From: a bacterium
GTDB lineage: Bacteria > Electryoneota > JAOADG01
Assembly (NCBI GenBank): GCA_963681965.1
Contig: OY820579.1
Location: 2,176,001 to 2,240,000, forward strand
Direction: 5' to 3'
Length of the DNA: 64,000 nt
Positions 60,689 through 64,000 of the stretch are shown here, piece by piece (within the stretch, counting starts at the first letter, position 1; every line of letters starts with the position of its first letter). Both the position numbers and the translations under genes were made by a program. Below the pieces are notes generated by a model. That model had not been told where the DNA came from. It ran no database searches and was given only the letters and a program-made list of their open reading frames with translations.

Positions 60689-62380
60689 ATGCTGCGTTCG
60701 CGCAGTTTCGTCCCGACGTTGAAAGAGTCGCCTGCCGACGCGACGACTGTTTCGCATCAATTAATGGTTCGCGCCGGATTGATCCGGCAATTGGTGGCTG
60801 GTGTCTATTCGTTCCTCCCATTGGGCTGGAAATCGATGCTGAAAGTGCAAACCATCATCCGCGAAGAGATGGATAATATCGGTGCACAGGAATTTTTCCT
60901 GCCGTCGTTGAATCCCATCGAAATCTGGGATGAGACCGGTCGCAATGCCGCATTCGGCGACGATATGATGCGGGTGATCGACCGTAAGGGTCGGAAGTAT
61001 GCACTCGCCCCGACTCACGAAGAGATTATCTGTCATCTCGCGCGCAACGAAGTTCGTTCGTGGCGGGATCTGCCGCAATCGTGGTATCAGATTCAAACCA
61101 AGTATCGCGACGAACCCCGTCCCCGTTCGGGTCTGTTGCGCGTTCGGCAATTCCTGATGAAGGATGCCTATTCGCTCGACACTGACTGGGAAGGTCTGGA
61201 CAAGATCTACGAAGCCTATAAAGCCGCATACAAACGGATTTTCGAACGCTGTGGTTTGAATTACTTTATTGTCGGTGCGTCATCCGGCTTGATGGGTGGT
61301 ACCGGTAGTCAGGAATTCATGATCGAATCCGAAGCCGGAGAAGATCGCATCGCCCGCAGTGAAGGCGGGTATGCCGCCAACATCGAAGTCGCGACATCAA
61401 TTCCCGCACCCGTCCTCGACGAGCCTTCGGTTGCCGATATCTACGAACTTGTAACGCCAGTCCAGCGTACAATCGAAGAAGTCACCGGATTGTTGGGTGT
61501 TCCTGCGCATCGCTTGGTTAAGACTTTGGTCTACATTACCGATTCCGGAAAACCAGTAGTAGCGCTGTTACGCGGCGACGACGAATTGTGCGAGACGAAA
61601 TTACAAGCCGCCGTCGGCGAAGCCGTATTACCGGCAATTCCCGAATCGGTGGGTCAGTGGTTCCATGGTGCCGAAGTAGGATTTCTCGGACCGCGCGGAA
61701 TCGATTTGCCGATCTATGCCGATCTGCGGTTGCAAGGCGGTACCAATCTGATTTCCGGAGCGAATAAGTCGGGCTATCACATCGGTGGGTTGGATGTCGG
61801 TCGCGATTTCGTGCCGCAGAATTTTGTCGATTTGCGCGAAGTAAAAGCGGGCGAAATGGCACCGGATGGTTCCGGTCCATTGCATATCGCCACGGCGATC
61901 GAACTGGGACACATCTTCAAGCTCGGTACGCGCTATTCGGCAGCAATGGGTGCCACATTCCTTGGCGACGATGGCAAAGAATACCCGATCATCATGGGTT
62001 CCTACGGTATCGGTGTCGGTCGAATTCTGGTCGCGTTGATCGAGCAGGATCACGATGCAAACGGAATCGTCTGGAACAAGGCACTGACTCCGATGCTGGC
62101 AAGTATCGTTCCGGTCAATCCTATGAATCCGGATATTAACGGAATTGCCACCAAATTGTACGACGAACTGCATGCCCACAAGATCGAAACGCTGTTCGAT
62201 GACCGTGACCAGCGTGCCGGGGTGAAGTTCAAAGATGCCGACCTGCTCGGTTTCCCATACACGGTAATCGTAGGGGAAAAGGCGGTTTCCGAAGGAAAAT
62301 TGGAAGTAAAAGAGCGTAAAACCGGCGAGCGGAAGATGCTAACCTACGAAGAAACGCTGGCGCTCTTGTTATCTGCCTGA
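60689..62380 (+). CDS. proS: Proline--tRNA ligase (bacterial type with editing domain)
   Basis: SHQLMVRAG, LAPTHEE, QIQTKYRDEPRPR.GLLRVRQF.MKDAYS, INS domain, IELGHIF.LGT, MGSYGIG, GVKFKDADL. Confidence 0.99.
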   Translation: MLRSRSFVPTLKESPADATTVSHQLMVRAGLIRQLVAGVYSFLPLGWKSMLKVQTIIREEMDNIGAQEFFLPSLNPIEIWDETGRNAAFGDDMMRVIDRKGRKYALAPTHEEIICHLARNEVRSWRDLPQSWYQIQTKYRDEPRPRSGLLRVRQFLMKDAYSLDTDWEGLDKIYEAYKAAYKRIFERCGLNYFIVGASSGLMGGTGSQEFMIESEAGEDRIARSEGGYAANIEVATSIPAPVLDEPSVADIYELVTPVQRTIEEVTGLLGVPAHRLVKTLVYITDSGKPVVALLRGDDELCETKLQAAVGEAVLPAIPESVGQWFHGAEVGFLGPRGIDLPIYADLRLQGGTNLISGANKSGYHIGGLDVGRDFVPQNFVDLREVKAGEMAPDGSGPLHIATAIELGHIFKLGTRYSAAMGATFLGDDGKEYPIIMGSYGIGVGRILVALIEQDHDANGIVWNKALTPMLASIVPVNPMNPDINGIATKLYDELHAHKIETLFDDRDQRAGVKFKDADLLGFPYTVIVGEKAVSEGKLEVKERKTGERKMLTYEETLALLLSA

Positions 62381-62523
62381 TTTCTGGTATATTTTGTAAA
62401 GTTCTTTGATTTTCGACCGATACCGTCGTGGTTCATTATAAAGTCCGAGCACGACGGTACATCGCTCGATTGTCGAATTCATTCTCGACGAATTGACTAA
62501 TAGATCGATCCTGCGCGACCGAT

Positions 62524-62925
62524 GTGCAGAGATCGAACGAAAACACACCAACAGCAAACGAGGCAATTGTGCCCGATCGAAATGAACAATCGAAAATGCA
62601 CGGTCTGTTCTTTTCTTCGGATCTTTGGGATGAAGAGGAAATTGAAACCGGTCGCGGTTTGGCACTGATTTCCTACATTCCGGGATTCTGTTTCATCGGT
62701 CTGTTGCAAGGTCATGACAACCGGTTCGTATTTCATCATGCGAAACAGGGATTGATCTTATTTGTGTTGGAACTTGCCGCATTGTTGTTCCGCTGGAATT
62801 TGTTGTGGGACGCACTGCTGGTTATTTGCGCGGGCTTGGCGCTGTTGGGAATGCTCAATGCATTTTCCGGGCGATCTTTCCGCATTCCGTTCCTGTCCGA
62901 TTGGTTTGGCGGACTCAGGGGGTAA
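62524..62925 (+). CDS. DUF4870/Tic20-like small membrane protein
   Basis: LALISYI...DNRFVFHHAKQGLILF...GMLNA.SG...IP. Confidence 0.75.
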   Translation: MQRSNENTPTANEAIVPDRNEQSKMHGLFFSSDLWDEEEIETGRGLALISYIPGFCFIGLLQGHDNRFVFHHAKQGLILFVLELAALLFRWNLLWDALLVICAGLALLGMLNAFSGRSFRIPFLSDWFGGLRG

Positions 62926-62932
62926 AAGGTTA

Positions 62933-64000
62933 ATGAGGTTATTGGAACGTTCCATGCAGTACACCCGCGCGCGTGAAGTGATTGCGGCGGGAATCTACCC
63001 ATATTTTCGACCCATCGATTCCGATCAAGATACCGAAGTGCTGATCGACGGCAAGAAGGTGTTGATGATGGGATCCAACAACTACCTTGGACTCACCAAT
63101 CATCCCGAAGTGAAAAAAGCGGCGAAGGATGCTGTTGATGCCTACGGTACCGGTTGCGCCGGTTCGCGATATTTGAATGGGACGCTGCGAATTCACTTGG
63201 AATTGGAAGAAAAATTAGCCGATTTCATGGGCGTGGAATCGGTACTGATTTTCACCACTGGACATCATGTCAATCTGGGTGTGATCGATACACTGGTCGG
63301 TCGCGGCGATTTCGTCATCATCGATGCGCAGGATCATGCCAGTATCGTCGATGGTACGCGGATCTGCTATGGCACTCGCCGGAAGTTCGCCCACAACGAT
63401 ATGGCTTCGCTCCGTGATGTCCTCTCGAAAATTCCCCGCGACAAAAACAAATTGATCGTGATCGATGGCGTATTTTCGATGGAAGGCGATATTGCACCGC
63501 TTGATAAGATTATGCCCATAGCCGAAGAATTCGATGCCGATGTCTTTGTCGATGATGCGCACTCGATCGGCGTCCTCGGTCCCAAGGGCGACGGTACTGC
63601 TGCGCATTTCGGATTGAAAGATAAAGTTGCGTTGACCGGTGGAACGTTTTCCAAATCGCTGGGCTCGGTCGGCGGTTTCGTCGGTGGTAAAGATGCCGTT
63701 ATCCACTTTTTGAAGCATCATTGCCGCGCCTTGATTTTCACTGCCTCGCCTTCACCCGCAAATGTCGGTGCCGTACTGAAAGCTTTGGAAATCCTGATTC
63801 GCGAACCGGAACGCCGTGAACAACTATGGGCGAATACGCACCGTTTGAAGCAAGCACTGAATCAGAGCGGATTCAATACCCTCGGCTCCGAAACGCCAAT
63901 CATTCCGGTGCTGGTGGGTGAAGATTTATTGGCATTCCAATTTTGCAAATTATTGAACGACGAAGGGGTCTTCGTCAATCCGGTGATTTCGCCGGCAGTG
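62933..64000 (+). CDS. PLP-dependent alpha-oxoamine synthase, serine palmitoyltransferase-like; runs off the window end and is absent from the ORF track
   Basis: Hand translation from ATG 62933: GIYPYFRPI...GKKVLMMGSNNYLGLTNHP...YGTGCAGSRYLNGTL...DHASIVDG...DGVFSMEGD...DDAH...GTFSKSL. Confidence 0.9.
   Translation, partial: MRLLERSMQYTRAREVIAAGIYPYFRPIDSDQDTEVLIDGKKVLMMGSNNYLGLTNHPEVKKAAKDAVDAYGTGCAGSRYLNGTLRIHLELEEKLADFMGVESVLIFTTGHHVNLGVIDTLVGRGDFVIIDAQDHASIVDGTRICYGTRRKFAHNDMASLRDVLSKIPRDKNKLIVIDGVFSMEGDIAPLDKIMPIAEEFDADVFVDDAHSIGVLGPKGDGTAAHFGLKDKVALTGGTFSKSLGSVGGFVGGKDAVIHFLKHHCRALIFTASPSPANVGAVLKALEILIREPERREQLWANTHRLKQALNQSGFNTLGSETPIIPVLVGEDLLAFQFCKLLNDEGVFVNPVISPAV

Overview
A 64-kb chromosomal window of moderate GC content. 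It probably comes from an FCB-superphylum bacterium outside the well-studied Bacteroidota. That is an inference from five cargo genes with 'YPNPFN...K' T9SS-type C-terminal domains, a PorV-family gene, abundant D-S/T-hydrophobic sequons and sigma70-like promoters. The left ~22 kb is accessory and mostly on the minus strand. It holds large T9SS cargo proteins (including a 2303-aa triplicated FN3 protein), cinA, a pentapeptide-repeat membrane protein, rpmE-DUF1385, a FabX/nitronate-monooxygenase-family flavoprotein, a CgeB-type glycosyltransferase and two broken genes. The right ~41 kb is a plus-strand housekeeping run: ruvAB-queA-ispDF-dedA-gltX; pyrH-frr-fdx-mutS-porV-yicC-gmk-rpoZ-coaBC-udg-dnaB-spoT-ruvX-lnt-bamD-nadD; an M16 peptidase, buk, purL, tRNA-Arg, proS and a truncated serine-palmitoyltransferase-like gene. 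One intact IS5-family element (5-bp target duplication) splits an AT-rich membrane gene. No CRISPR array, integrase or prophage is evident. The most notable observations are: (1) a four-copy family of 100-140 bp elements with terminal inverted repeats that enclose GTAG-type REP hairpins; (2) strong strand bias of singlet REPs; (3) two adjacent membrane proteins sharing an unrecognised cytoplasmic domain; (4) an LVIVD/T9SS gene interrupted only by two in-frame TAA codons in the same TG-TAA-A context; (5) putative sphingolipid and FabX-type lipid enzymes.
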